DNA of 64,000 nucleotides from a virus (IMGVR_UViG_3300036828_000198:3409-67408), one strand, 5' to 3'. Shown: positions 37,977 to 48,488, numbered from the stretch's first letter. Notes: generated by a model from the letters alone, not told the origin. A program made the numbers and translations.

Positions 37977-40900
37977 CTAAGAAGATCTCCTAGCCAACTC
38001 CCATCCAAGCTGGGCTGCATGGTACCTAGGATTGATTTCATTCGTAATGACTTGTAGCAAGAATGGAGGCTTGCCACCCTTAAGCGGAGTTACAGTAGCT
38101 CCATGAGGACCAACACTAACTGCCTCAATTCCTCGGTCGCCTACTATACCATGTCCCCCAAAGGGAATCGTTCCTCCATACCCGTACCAGTGATGAGAAA
38201 GTTCATGTCCCTCAGCGTTAGCAGGGCTACCGTACGTACTGCTAATATATCCAAGTCCCCAGTTGATCTGAGCCGCAGCAGACGACTGAGGTGGGTTAGC
38301 TGCAGCACCCATCTTGCCAGGAGGAAGTGCCTGTGGAATACCGTACGCACCAGAGGTCGGGTTCTGAGCAAATCTATTCCAACCAGACTCCTGATTCCAA
38401 AGTGCAATGAGCGGAAGCATCTGGGACGAGTTCCAACCGAAAGCCCCTAGTCTAGATCGAGCATAAGCCTGAGCCTGTGCAGCACTAGCGCTAGTAGGTC
38501 CGCCTAGTGCCCCTGGGCCAGTACCCATAGCTGACGGCTTGAGTCTTCCTGAAAAGTGAACAGAACGAACTATAGAATGAACAACATTAGAAAGCATACC
38601 AGCTAGGGCTCTAATACTGGGAAGAGATAGATGTACAACAACTCCACTAGTACCGGAAGCATATCCTCCTATTGCATGGTTAGGTATGACTGTTTCTCCG
38701 CCACGCATGTTGACTAGCTCGGGACCTTTTTCACCGACTACATGCCATCCGGCTATTGCACCACTAGTACCGGCAGCTAGTCCACCATGGATACCTGTGA
38801 TGTCATGAGACGAAACACCTTTAGGAAGATCTATACCAAGTTTGATAGGATACGTCGGGTTTGTCAGGCTAGCCAGATGAGCTTTAGTACTTGTAATAAA
38901 GCCACCGATAGCCTTATCGGCGCTCTTCAACTTGGGACCAAGAAATGGTATCCAGCTAAAAGCATCTGCAGCTAGGTGTACCATACCCTTAGCCCACTCT
39001 GCGGCCTTGAGCAGAATTTCCAAGAAGGTTATCTTAAGGAACTTATATGCGTCGTCAGCAATACGCTTGATGAATCCCCAAACAGTCTTCCAATGCTTAA
39101 GTAGTTCAAAAATGCCTATGACAATAGCGCCGATTGCTAGAACGATTCCACCACTTAGGATAATCATTGCAGCGTTAGCTACAACCCATGCTGCAACAGA
39201 AGCAGCAGCGGATGCTACCCACGCGGCTGCCATTGTAGCTGCCGTCCAAATTGTTTTAGCAAGCCAAATAGCTCCAGTCTTAATGGCACTAGCTGCAGAT
39301 ACCACCATATCCTTAGCATAGATTACGACAGCTTTTCCTATGGCCTTCCACATCTTAGCAACACCCATGCCCTTGGTATCTAGACCAAGCATCCCCGATA
39401 TAACGCCGCCGAACTTCAAAGCTAGAATCGAACCAAGGCCTCTATAGATCATATCAAATATAGCACCAACTGCTTTCAGTGTTCCGAACTTAGAGAACAG
39501 AAGAACAAATGCAGTCATGTTATACAGGAATGGACCAATACCAGGAATACCCGCTAGCTTGTTCAGACCCTTGAGCAGTAGATCAAGGAACTTAAGAGCT
39601 GCCGAACTTAGTCCTCCACCCATTTGAAGGATAAGCTTTCCAAGGATTTGGAACAGCTGCTTCAATATGTCAACAAGGGTAGGAGCATTCTTCTTCATTT
39701 CGTTAACGAACGCAGTGAAAGCTGGACTGCCAGTAAAGTTCTTAAACGAATTAGTCATCTTAACTAGGTCATTGACCATCATGGTACTAAGACCGGACTT
39801 AGTAATGGCCGTAAAGATGTGACCTATTCCAATTCCAACATTGATTATAGACTGACCGAACCCTTTTATAGCAGGTCCGCTAGCCTTAATCAACGTATTC
39901 ATGAAGTCTTTAAATCCGCTAGACTGGAACCCCTTTCCTATTTGGTTGATTAGAGGAACCAATGCTTTAGATGCCTGGTTTGCCAAAGGTGCAAGGTACT
40001 TCAGTAGAGGTGTCAGAGCCTTTAGCCCAGCATCATATACACTCAGAACAGCGGGCTGAGCTTGCTTCTGTGCCGCAACCAAAGCGTTGTCGAACTTGGT
40101 GTATGTGAACAGAGCTTTCTGCTGAGCAGCGTCCAGTTGCAGATACGCCTGACGTTCTGCCATCAGAGCCGATATTTGAGCCTTTTCTGACGTAGGCATA
40201 CCGGTGGTGCTCTGAGCAGCTACAACCAAGTTCCTTTGTTGGTTCTTGCTAAGCGTGTACCAGTTGGCATTAGGATTAGTTAGAAATCCTAGTCCTGGTC
40301 CTAGAGCATTTCGAGTACTAGTAGTGGACCCAGCAGTGCCAGCTGTACCACCACCACCAGCTAGCTGTCTCTGTTCAAATGCAATTGCTGCACGGTACGT
40401 CGCCTGAGCAGACGCAGTTCCTCTTGGAGAGGCCAACGATGCAGCCAACCGAGCCTGATTACCAGCTATCCTGGCTTGTATGATCTGACGTTGTGATGCA
40501 GTCAGTGCACCTGTACCTGCAATGCCTGCTGTCCTAGTAATAGTAGGAGCAGCCTTTAGCCACGTTTGGAGTGCTGTAGCATTCGCCTTAATGTTACCAG
40601 TAGTATTCAACTTGTCTATAGTAGTAAAAGCTTGTCTAACCGGACCTAGTGCTTGCGCAGCAGCTAGACCCAAAGCTCCTAGTCCCGCAGCAGCACCAAA
40701 GGCTGCAGCGCCAAAGCCTCCAAGGACACCAAGAGCTCCCTGAATTGCACCAGGAGCAGCAAGCATTCCTGCGCCAACCCATGGAAGCCAACCTGGAGGA
40801 GTAAACTTCTCTTTCTTAAGCCGGTCCCTAAATGACTGCGCAAACCTTGAAGCTACATTTTCACCCTGCTTCTTTGCCTCAGCGTCAGCATCAGTTCCTA

Positions 40901-41108
40901 GCTTCTTGACTGCATTCTTGATTATGCCCGACTTACCCAACTGGGCTACTCTTGCAAGTTCTTTCTCTAGATCCGTAGCAATGCTAAAGTCAGACTTAGT
41001 CTTAGCTTCTCGCCGAAACTGTGCAATAGCCTCCTGAGCAATCTTCAGCTTAGTAAGCAGGTCAGCTATTTCGCCCTTGAGGGTTGCAGTTACTTCAAGG
41101 TCTGCCAA
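37977..41108 (-). CDS. tape measure protein with C-terminal lytic transglycosylase
   Basis: Ala/Leu/Lys-rich helical body; VGEKGPELV; LWNQESGW...SGAYGIPQALP. Confidence 0.9.
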   Translation of the reverse strand: MADLEVTATLKGEIADLLTKLKIAQEAIAQFRREAKTKSDFSIATDLEKELARVAQLGKSGIIKNAVKKLGTDADAEAKKQGENVASRFAQSFRDRLKKEKFTPPGWLPWVGAGMLAAPGAIQGALGVLGGFGAAAFGAAAGLGALGLAAAQALGPVRQAFTTIDKLNTTGNIKANATALQTWLKAAPTITRTAGIAGTGALTASQRQIIQARIAGNQARLAASLASPRGTASAQATYRAAIAFEQRQLAGGGGTAGTAGSTTSTRNALGPGLGFLTNPNANWYTLSKNQQRNLVVAAQSTTGMPTSEKAQISALMAERQAYLQLDAAQQKALFTYTKFDNALVAAQKQAQPAVLSVYDAGLKALTPLLKYLAPLANQASKALVPLINQIGKGFQSSGFKDFMNTLIKASGPAIKGFGQSIINVGIGIGHIFTAITKSGLSTMMVNDLVKMTNSFKNFTGSPAFTAFVNEMKKNAPTLVDILKQLFQILGKLILQMGGGLSSAALKFLDLLLKGLNKLAGIPGIGPFLYNMTAFVLLFSKFGTLKAVGAIFDMIYRGLGSILALKFGGVISGMLGLDTKGMGVAKMWKAIGKAVVIYAKDMVVSAASAIKTGAIWLAKTIWTAATMAAAWVASAAASVAAWVVANAAMIILSGGIVLAIGAIVIGIFELLKHWKTVWGFIKRIADDAYKFLKITFLEILLKAAEWAKGMVHLAADAFSWIPFLGPKLKSADKAIGGFITSTKAHLASLTNPTYPIKLGIDLPKGVSSHDITGIHGGLAAGTSGAIAGWHVVGEKGPELVNMRGGETVIPNHAIGGYASGTSGVVVHLSLPSIRALAGMLSNVVHSIVRSVHFSGRLKPSAMGTGPGALGGPTSASAAQAQAYARSRLGAFGWNSSQMLPLIALWNQESGWNRFAQNPTSGAYGIPQALPPGKMGAAANPPQSSAAAQINWGLGYISSTYGSPANAEGHELSHHWYGYGGTIPFGGHGIVGDRGIEAVSVGPHGATVTPLKGGKPPFLLQVITNEINPRYHAAQLGWELARRSS

Positions 41109-41123
41109 CTATTTCACCTCCCT

Positions 41124-41609
41124 TCAGAACAGAATACCTGCAACTGCATCAAGCATAGACTTACGCCAGTGTTCAAAGAAGATATGCTGGGCACCAGTAG
41201 GATCGATTTCGCTTCCGAACTCTAGAACTATGGGGCGGAAGTATGGCCTAGGTGGAACATAGGTCGAATGATTCGTACCAGCGAAGCCGCCCATTTCTTG
41301 AATACGAGCATATACGGCGCCTACGCCTACTGTAGCTTGGCCCGGGAGAACCGATTCATTTACTGTTACAGAATCCCTAAGGTGTCCACTAATAAGACCG
41401 GGCGGACCTACGAACCGAGCAGTAGGAGATGGTGTCCCAGCTGGGTGAGGCCAAATGCTCAGAAGTTCTTGAACTCGTTCTGCAAGAGTTCTTGCTGCTT
41501 CCATGGAGGCTATATCGTTCTGCAAGCGAACGGTCTTATTCCAGTCGGCTATAAACGCCTCGAACTTTTCATCGTCCAAGGTAATGTTAACCTGAAAGCC
41601 TCCTGGCAT
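41124..41609 (-). CDS. HK97 gp10-like neck/tail protein
   Basis: PPGLISGHLRDSV, YARIQEMGG, PPRPYFRP. Confidence 0.7.
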   Translation of the reverse strand: MPGGFQVNITLDDEKFEAFIADWNKTVRLQNDIASMEAARTLAERVQELLSIWPHPAGTPSPTARFVGPPGLISGHLRDSVTVNESVLPGQATVGVGAVYARIQEMGGFAGTNHSTYVPPRPYFRPIVLEFGSEIDPTGAQHIFFEHWRKSMLDAVAGILF

Positions 41610-41610
41610 A

Positions 41611-41883
41611 TTACCTCCCTTGACGACGCTGTTCCATATGTCGTTGATTCTCTTCTATCTCGTGCTTTTTACCTTGCGCATCTACTACCCAGTTCATTCC
41701 TATTACGAGCAGTGAATCCTGATCGAGAAGTCCTCCTGGACTAGGAAGACACTTAAGCGATTGACACATATTTGTCATCCCGATGAGCTGGGTGGCAATA
41801 TCGCCGTCTCGACCGAATCCTTTGCCATCTTTGGTAGACCGCTCGTTGACGATCCGTTGCCAGATGGCGCGCTGGAGTTTGGG
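41611..41883 (-). CDS. tail assembly chaperone, -1 frameshift extension
   Basis: C CCA AAC slippery site (41883-41877); -1 frame open through CLPSPGGLLDQD to stop at 41611. Confidence 0.8.
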   Translation of the reverse strand, partial: PKLQRAIWQRIVNERSTKDGKGFGRDGDIATQLIGMTNMCQSLKCLPSPGGLLDQDSLLVIGMNWVVDAQGKKHEIEENQRHMEQRRQGR

Positions 41884-42248
41884 AACTGCTTCTTCCAGTT
41901 GTGCATTTCGTCAATACGTTCTGCTATCTCTTGTCCGATGTTACTGTCCAAGACTCGAACGTCAGCAGCATTCTTGAAGTCGAGAATTCTACCCGAATCA
42001 TCTTGGAGGTTGTGCTCTGTAACACAGGTACGGATCTGAAACTCCATAATGGCTGCTCTAGATATATCCACCCCGAGCTCAGGGTTATCAGAGCCGGCCT
42101 CATCAGCCTTCATCTGAATCTGATACATCATGTCCTGGCTGGCCATTAGCTCGCCGTATGTCATTCGGCGCATACTAATGTACCCGTCCGGTGGACAGGT
42201 AACGAGATTGAACTTCTTAGGAACCGTAGAGACGGTAGCCTTAGGCAC
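41775..42248 (-). CDS. tail assembly chaperone
   Basis: after major tail gene; GTG start after AAGGCGGACA. Confidence 0.8.
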   Translation of the reverse strand: MPKATVSTVPKKFNLVTCPPDGYISMRRMTYGELMASQDMMYQIQMKADEAGSDNPELGVDISRAAIMEFQIRTCVTEHNLQDDSGRILDFKNAADVRVLDSNIGQEIAERIDEMHNWKKQFPNSSAPSGNGSSTSGLPKMAKDSVETAILPPSSSG

Positions 42249-42315
42249 TTTTGTCCGCCTTCCTTTATGCCTTCGAGATCTGCGCAGTACCTTTAGTCTG
42301 CGCTTAGTACTCATG

Positions 42316-43263
42316 TTACGTAATAGACTCTTGAGACTGAACGACCAGCTGAGTAGCGTTACCCGAACCGTCGATGGTGGAGTCGTAAGTCAAGCTAGAC
42401 CTAACGATGTCTCCCTGAGCAGCCATAGGAATCTGCATAGTACTCTTGAACGCGTTCCCGATCAGGAACTGAATACCGTTGTTAGCTCCATGCGAAGCCA
42501 GAACAGTAATACTCTGAGCAGTACCAGCTTGGAACGCGTTGTAGTCAGTCCTGTCTAGGAAGTCCCTACTTGCAGTCATCTGAACAGTACGCTCACCCAT
42601 AGAGATGAACTGAGATCCTCGACCTGCGTTAGGACCTGTGTTCTTCAGTCGGTAGGCAGCTGCTCCTGCTTCATCTACGGAATACGAGAAAGTGTCCATA
42701 TCGAACACCTGAGTAGCAGTGGGGACCTGAACGGACCATGAACCCGGACCGTACGGAGTACCTGTTCCCCAGGTAGGACTAGGAGTACCCTGAGTTGTTT
42801 CGTTCTGCCCTAGGATGTCTACATCCATCTGCAGAATATCGTTAGTAATAGACAGCGTCAACTTAGACACGACACATCCAAGGTAACCGAATACCTGACT
42901 ATTACGTACGACTGTCAGAGACAAAGTTCTAGTCGGGAATGCATTAGTTGACGTAGGTGTACAGGTATAGATCCAGTTAGGAGTAGTACCAGTCCTAACA
43001 ATACCCATACGCATCGCGTACAAGTAGTACACGATAACATCATCCATTGCCTCCATAGATACCGTGCCCGATATACTAACGTTACCGGGAACCATACCTA
43101 TCTGGTCCACTGTCTGCCTAATAGGCCTACGAAAGACGTTACCAGGCATAAATTCTAGAGCTTCACTCAGAATCGGATGAAACTTGGTTGGAGCGACATA
43201 GGTGCCAGGAACCGTTTCGAAAGCGAGTCCTAGGCTACCACCACCTGCTACACCAATGCCCAT
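42316..43263 (-). CDS. major tail tube protein
   Basis: LGLAFETVPGTYVAPT; GCVVSKLTLS; position. Confidence 0.85.
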   Translation of the reverse strand: MGIGVAGGGSLGLAFETVPGTYVAPTKFHPILSEALEFMPGNVFRRPIRQTVDQIGMVPGNVSISGTVSMEAMDDVIVYYLYAMRMGIVRTGTTPNWIYTCTPTSTNAFPTRTLSLTVVRNSQVFGYLGCVVSKLTLSITNDILQMDVDILGQNETTQGTPSPTWGTGTPYGPGSWSVQVPTATQVFDMDTFSYSVDEAGAAAYRLKNTGPNAGRGSQFISMGERTVQMTASRDFLDRTDYNAFQAGTAQSITVLASHGANNGIQFLIGNAFKSTMQIPMAAQGDIVRSSLTYDSTIDGSGNATQLVVQSQESIT

Positions 43264-43625
43264 TAGGACTCACTCCCTGTATCTGCCGGGGCCCCACTTG
43301 ACGAAGAATCCACAGGCCCTTGTGAGTTCCCAGTATCCGTATTGGCTTTCATTTCAGTGACTGTAACACCTCGCATACCCTGAGATGCTGTCACCAGATC
43401 TGGACCTAGTTCTGGCTTAGGAATGTACTGACCGTACGATTCAGATTCAGGATCGTCGTCGTACTTACCTGTGTCGACAGAATTAACGACCCTAAAGTGC
43501 ATTTCTTGTTCATCGGAAATCTCGTACGTGCCGTCATCGTAGGCACCTAGACCATGAATAAATATCTCGCCATGACTGCTGTTAATGCCTAGGTTACTGC
43601 GGTCTACAACTAGCGTGTATGGCAA
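43263..43625 (-). CDS. hypothetical virion-region protein
   Basis: AAGGAGG RBS, TTG start. Confidence 0.65.
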   Translation of the reverse strand: MPYTLVVDRSNLGINSSHGEIFIHGLGAYDDGTYEISDEQEMHFRVVNSVDTGKYDDDPESESYGQYIPKPELGPDLVTASQGMRGVTVTEMKANTDTGNSQGPVDSSSSGAPADTGSES

Positions 43626-43637
43626 GGTATACCTCCT

Positions 43638-44132
43638 TTAGGCATCCAGAGTCACCTTAGTTCTTGCTACAAAAGTCAGTCTAGTAGTGTCGTACAATGC
43701 GCCTATGCCTGCGGTGCCGAGGAAAGCTACACCAGGATCAACTGCAGTGCACATGCAATCAATAACTAGTCCGCCAAAGTTGCCAAGAGTATTCTGGAAC
43801 CTCTTGACCTTATTAGCAATGGTCAAGGATGCGTGAGTGTTCAACTGAACATCCTGGATCTTACCGTAATATACCAACGCAAACGTTTGGAAAGTCATAA
43901 GTACTGGTCGTGCACCTATACCGTTGTACGCAGATGATTGAGGACCCGGAACGATTGTCATACAAGGAGTAGTTGGCAACAGACTTGTTTGGTTTCCGTA
44001 CCATATAGCCTGAATAGGAGTTGGAGGATTCCCGTTGTCAGTAAAAGTACTCATAGCGCCAGTGAAGGCATTCAGAAGATAGTTAGCCACCACCTCTGAA
44101 TCATCTGTAAGACCAGCATATGGTGAAGGCAT
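43638..44132 (-). CDS. putative tail terminator
   Basis: position before tail tube; IWYG...P..P.M.I.P. Confidence 0.6.
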   Translation of the reverse strand: MPSPYAGLTDDSEVVANYLLNAFTGAMSTFTDNGNPPTPIQAIWYGNQTSLLPTTPCMTIVPGPQSSAYNGIGARPVLMTFQTFALVYYGKIQDVQLNTHASLTIANKVKRFQNTLGNFGGLVIDCMCTAVDPGVAFLGTAGIGALYDTTRLTFVARTKVTLDA

Positions 44133-44140
44133 GTCACCTC

Positions 44141-44626
44141 CTAGAATACCTTATGCGTACCGAAGTAAGCTGGACCAATGGACATATCGTCCGGGTTTTT
44201 GTTTGCCATCTGCGCTTCAGTAGTGGAACTATTATCTGTAGGATAAAAGACTGGGGCAGTAGTAGGAAGATTAGGAAGAAGTTCAACAAGCTGAATAGAG
44301 CTGCTGATTATTCCGGCAAGAATTGTCTCTGCACTAGTTCTTAGGACTAGTCCATAACTGTTACCCTGAGTGGCAAGAACCTCACTATACTGCCGGTCGT
44401 AGAACCAGCCAGCATATATCATGGAAATTACTTGTCTAACCAGTTCAGGAGTAGAGTTCTGGTCTATCCAAGTTGGTGTACCGAAAGAAGGATCTCCATA
44501 GGTTTCAGATAGCCTACCTAGAACTTCGGTAGATATCTGCTTCTCCAAGGATGCATCAAGAGACGACAGGTTGGCTTTTGTTCCTTCTAGCCATGCCTGC
44601 GCATCCGAGAGAAGTATGTGGGCGAT
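44141..44626 (-). CDS. head-tail adaptor, apparent ATC start
   Basis: AGGAGG-aagac-ATC GCC CAC; in-frame TAG just upstream; TPELVRQVISMIYAGW. Confidence 0.65.
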   Translation of the reverse strand: MAHILLSDAQAWLEGTKANLSSLDASLEKQISTEVLGRLSETYGDPSFGTPTWIDQNSTPELVRQVISMIYAGWFYDRQYSEVLATQGNSYGLVLRTSAETILAGIISSSIQLVELLPNLPTTAPVFYPTDNSSTTEAQMANKNPDDMSIGPAYFGTHKVF

Positions 44627-44646
44627 GTCTTCCTCCTATGTGAACA

Positions 44647-44701
44647 GTGGCCCTGACACTTGTGTCTCCCTGACAGTGCAGGCGGGACGTATCAGGGCCA
44701 C
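44647..44701 (-). terminator. long hairpin after capsid genes
   Basis: gtggccctga...tcagggccac inverted repeat. Confidence 0.6.
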
Positions 44702-44711
44702 CGTCGTTAGA

Positions 44712-45164
44712 TTACCCCCCAGTCTTAGTACCCGCACTAGGACTGGGAGGAGTAGAAGGAGTTCCTCCACCGGAACCAGGCCCACCTGGATTAGACGGAG
44801 GGGGAGTATTACCTCCTACAGGAGGTACTGAAGCCTTAGGATCTGCAGCCTTAGAGCTGTCGCTCTTAGTAGCTGCAGCATCCTCTAGCTCCTTGATGCG
44901 AGCCTTGAGAGCCTGCATCTCTTCGTCCCGAGCTGCAGATTCTGCATCAGCTGCAGCAACTGCTCCTGCAGATCCCATTACGAGAGCTGCATCCGGGTCA
45001 CCAAGAGGAAGAACTACTCGGTGATCTACCATGTACTTCCAGTTGTCGGAATCTACTCCACCATGGTTGTCAGGGTCTACGAAGGACCCTGACGCACCAT
45101 TAGGACCTAGATCCGAATATGCTACCCAGCGCTGCTTAGCAGGCGCCTCAGCAATGTCAGCCAT
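44712..45164 (-). CDS. hypothetical protein with Pro/Gly tail
   Basis: GGAGG RBS; MADIAEAP. Confidence 0.65.
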   Translation of the reverse strand: MADIAEAPAKQRWVAYSDLGPNGASGSFVDPDNHGGVDSDNWKYMVDHRVVLPLGDPDAALVMGSAGAVAAADAESAARDEEMQALKARIKELEDAAATKSDSSKAADPKASVPPVGGNTPPPSNPGGPGSGGGTPSTPPSPSAGTKTGG

Positions 45165-45178
45165 TGTTGTTCCTCCCA

Positions 45179-46195
45179 TCAACCGACGAAGCCGGAGGAC
45201 AAGGTGTTGACGAACAGGAAGCCACAAATGCTCTTACCTGCGCCAGCTGGGTCAAGCCCGACCAGCTTGAGGTCGTAACGGGTACGAAGACGAACAATGT
45301 CGCTCGCACGACGCTCTTCCCTCCACCTGTCCACGACTCGATCCTGACCTCCACCGAATCCCCAAGCGAACTCGTACCCGAAGGCAGGAGTCTTGAGACC
45401 CGGACGAGGCGGGTTGAAGGCCAGCACGACCTCAATGTTCCAGAGGTACTGGAGAGTAAGAGTCTGACCTGGGTTGTTCGAGGCAAACCCGAATCCAGGC
45501 ACGACACAGTTAGACAGACCAAGCAGGCTCTCGACAAGGTCGGGAGTAAGGATCGCACGCTCCACGTACTGGATACGGTTGATCAGGTCCTGGCTGTCCT
45601 CGAGTGCAGACATCACCTTGTAGGAAATCACGGCCTGGTTCGGCTGCAAGAACGAGTTCTTGTGAATCAGCCTCATAGCAGTACGGATGTCCTTGATAGG
45701 TGTGGCAGCAGCCGAGCTGTCCCACTGAGGACCGAACCCAGTAGGAGCAGTGCTCAGGTCAACAGTAAGAGCGGCCAGGTATGCCGAAGCAACAGCCGCC
45801 TTCTGATAGATCCTGTACTCCTTACCGAGGGCGACACGAGACGTGATCATCTCGGTACCATCGACATCTGGGTTCAGAGGACTGTCAGCGTTCTCACGCT
45901 CTTCGTCCGTAATCGCCAGCTGGAGTGCGTGCTCCTGTGCGTAGTACGTGTCGACCGACATCGCCATACCGGTGATCTCGTTCGCTTCGTCGCCAGGTGC
46001 ACGACTGTCGTCAAGTGCTGGATACCAGCCCTCACGACCGTTGTAGATGTAGTACTTGTTCGACTGCTTCATCACGGGCACGACTGGGAAGAGGACTTCG
46101 CCAACCAGGCCCTCATTCGGCCAGGCTACCGACACGTTAGTCAGTACGACGTCAACGTGAACGTTACCTGATCCGGATGGGTTGTAAACTGCCAT
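45179..46195 (-). CDS. major capsid protein
   Basis: HVDVVLTNVSVAW...LFPVVPV; follows protease and cement genes; high-expression codon use. Confidence 0.88.
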   Translation of the reverse strand: MAVYNPSGSGNVHVDVVLTNVSVAWPNEGLVGEVLFPVVPVMKQSNKYYIYNGREGWYPALDDSRAPGDEANEITGMAMSVDTYYAQEHALQLAITDEERENADSPLNPDVDGTEMITSRVALGKEYRIYQKAAVASAYLAALTVDLSTAPTGFGPQWDSSAAATPIKDIRTAMRLIHKNSFLQPNQAVISYKVMSALEDSQDLINRIQYVERAILTPDLVESLLGLSNCVVPGFGFASNNPGQTLTLQYLWNIEVVLAFNPPRPGLKTPAFGYEFAWGFGGGQDRVVDRWREERRASDIVRLRTRYDLKLVGLDPAGAGKSICGFLFVNTLSSGFVG

Positions 46196-46213
46196 TTCTG
46201 GTTGCCTCCTCTC

Positions 46214-46669
46214 TTAGCTTCTCGCGCCGGGCGTGAGCAGAACGGCGATGATGTCACCTGCAGCAGCCGCAGCAGTAGTACCACCGGCATCACCAAGGTA
46301 GATCCCTACCTGAGGCCTGCCTGTAGTACCAACTGCAACTGCAGCCAGACGACCTGCAACGACACCCGATGGAATCAACGATGCTGCCGGGTTAAGAGTT
46401 CCGACACCATCCCAGATTGCGTAGGCGATACCAGCAATTGCAACCGACGCGTACGCCTTGCCGGTCTGAACCTTGACCAGGTCAATGTTCTCCTGGCAAA
46501 GCCCCAGAGGAGTCGGAGCATTAGCTGCATTAGCACCCGTAGTAGCCTGAACCATCTGGTTCGGGTCTAGAGCGGTTCCGGCAACAGCTACAACGCACTG
46601 TCCGTAAACGTACGCTGCAGCACCTGTGGTCAGAAATGCCTTGGCAAGAAGGTGATCCTGTCCAGCCAC
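46214..46669 (-). CDS. capsid cement/decoration protein
   Basis: Ala/Gly-rich; AAAAGDIIAVLL. Confidence 0.75.
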   Translation of the reverse strand: MAGQDHLLAKAFLTTGAAAYVYGQCVVAVAGTALDPNQMVQATTGANAANAPTPLGLCQENIDLVKVQTGKAYASVAIAGIAYAIWDGVGTLNPAASLIPSGVVAGRLAAVAVGTTGRPQVGIYLGDAGGTTAAAAAGDIIAVLLTPGARS

Positions 46670-46674
46670 CTAGG

Positions 46675-47850
46675 TCACCTCCCATCCGATGGAATGTACG
46701 CGTCCTGCCTATACTGCTCAGCCAGCTGGGGATTCTCCCTAGCAGCTTGCACAGAGGCCTGAGCGTGAGTCATCTTACGGCCCTTGGCAGCAGCATCAGT
46801 CATGATGCTGTCGATCTCGGTCAGGAACAGCTGAGTTGGCGACTTTTCATCGCCACGACGTTGCCAACCACGCTCGGTCATGTCAATGACGCCGAGCTCC
46901 AGGGTCTTCTTGTAGGCTTCGAAAACTTCCTTACCAAGGCCTTCAGGGGCCTCCATAAGGATTTCACGAAGACGGTCCTTGACTACTGGCGGAACAGCGT
47001 ACTTGGCACCATCGAGGCTATCGATCATGCGCTCGACCATGACCTTCTGCTGCTCTTCCTTCAGACTAGACAGCTGACGCTGCTGAGCCTCAACCAGTTC
47101 GGTCAGAGCCTTCACACCTGGGTTACCACTAAGGTCACTCAGCTGCCGAAGCAGGTCAGGAATCGAGGAGTTCTGGATGTCCAGATCACTCTTGGTCGGA
47201 GGAGTAGGAGGCGTCGGAGGAGTAGGCGGATTAGCTGCAGCAGCCATCTCTGCCAACTTCTTCGTAACCTCTTCATCCGTAGCCGTCTCCGAAAGCCCGA
47301 TGAGGGCACGGAGAACCTTCGGGTCCATGCGCGTTCCTCCCTTCGGAGGCGTTGGAGACGGATCCGGACTTGGCTCCGGATGCTTGAACAACTCACTGAG
47401 ATTAATTGGAACAATGTCCTTAAGGAACGGTCGGTTAGTGATCGCTCCGCCGAACAGAACATCCTTGTGCTTCACCCCCGTCTTGGGGTGCTCCCACTCA
47501 TCGTTGTACTCAGGACTAAAATACCTGTAGGCCTTCTCCTTGAGCTTCTGGTAGGCCGACTTAGTCCACTCGACTAGGATCCAAAGTCCATCTGGCCTAG
47601 CTTCAGCTTCCTTGATCCACCCAGCAGCTTCTCCACCGTTGGCCTTATGGTCGTAGTCGATATCCAGATCTTGCGTTCGAACGCCATTATTGACGTTGTC
47701 AGCAAATCTAGTGACCTTGTCAGGTGTAATGTTGACCTTGCCATACACCGGGTGGGTATACTCGCCAAGTGGCATAGCTTGGATCCAAACGGAAGTTCCG
47801 TCGTCTCCTAGCTTAAGCGCTGCCAGATCGGCCCAGTACCCGAACTTCAC
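46675..47850 (-). CDS. Mu-like prohead protease / scaffold
   Basis: IDYDH, AAGWI, VEWT, YRYFSPEY, AITNRPFL. Confidence 0.9.
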   Translation of the reverse strand: MKFGYWADLAALKLGDDGTSVWIQAMPLGEYTHPVYGKVNITPDKVTRFADNVNNGVRTQDLDIDYDHKANGGEAAGWIKEAEARPDGLWILVEWTKSAYQKLKEKAYRYFSPEYNDEWEHPKTGVKHKDVLFGGAITNRPFLKDIVPINLSELFKHPEPSPDPSPTPPKGGTRMDPKVLRALIGLSETATDEEVTKKLAEMAAAANPPTPPTPPTPPTKSDLDIQNSSIPDLLRQLSDLSGNPGVKALTELVEAQQRQLSSLKEEQQKVMVERMIDSLDGAKYAVPPVVKDRLREILMEAPEGLGKEVFEAYKKTLELGVIDMTERGWQRRGDEKSPTQLFLTEIDSIMTDAAAKGRKMTHAQASVQAARENPQLAEQYRQDAYIPSDGR

Positions 47851-48488
47851 GAGAAGTCACCTCCTGGGCCCTTAGTCGTGCCCTTACGGGCAACCTTAGC
47901 CAGGTTAGGATTAGCCTTCTTCGCCTTGGACCCAGCCTTCTGAGAAGCTGCAGCTACCATAGCGGCACCTTGCTGAGCAGATACACCGGCGGACTTAGCA
48001 GCAGAAGAAGCAGCTGCCTTAAATCCCATACCCTGAGCCATAGACTTGTTCTTGTCATCAGCGTCAGGTTCGGCGTAAGATGATCCGGAAGGCTTATCTA
48101 GGTCACTAGGGGTAGGTCGTGCCGAAGCTCCAGGCTGCCTGTCCATACGCGGCATCGTGGAATTTGCAAAGGTGTGAGCCGGAACATGATCAGCCAGAGA
48201 GGCTTTGCCGGTCTTGTTAGAGGTACCCGCTGCACTAGAAGCAGGAGCGACCTTAGAAGATCGTCTGTTAGAGGCAGTAGAAGATCCAGAAGAAATACCG
48301 TATGCCGACTTACTAGTCGATCCTGTGCCTCCTGCGGGAGCCGGCTTACCTGGTCTACCTCCGCCCTTATATCCAGAGCTTCCAGCATCGCTAGCAGGTG
48401 CTCCACCAGAAGCCCTCTTAGCCTTAATTCCGCCTCGAGCAGCTGCTCCGGTCTGTGACCCTGAGCCCTTTTTAGTTCTAGCCATCAC
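47847..48488 (-). CDS. basic low-complexity (Ala/Ser/Lys/Gly) protein, possibly DNA-binding internal virion protein
   Basis: GMGFKAAA...KKANPNLAKV. Confidence 0.6.
   Translation of the reverse strand: MMARTKKGSGSQTGAAARGGIKAKRASGGAPASDAGSSGYKGGGRPGKPAPAGGTGSTSKSAYGISSGSSTASNRRSSKVAPASSAAGTSNKTGKASLADHVPAHTFANSTMPRMDRQPGASARPTPSDLDKPSGSSYAEPDADDKNKSMAQGMGFKAAASSAAKSAGVSAQQGAAMVAAASQKAGSKAKKANPNLAKVARKGTTKGPGGDFS

Noticed and set aside
45164-47577. Long plus-strand ORFs 45164-46171 and 46636-47577
   Set aside because: Antisense shadows of capsid and protease genes caused by codon bias.
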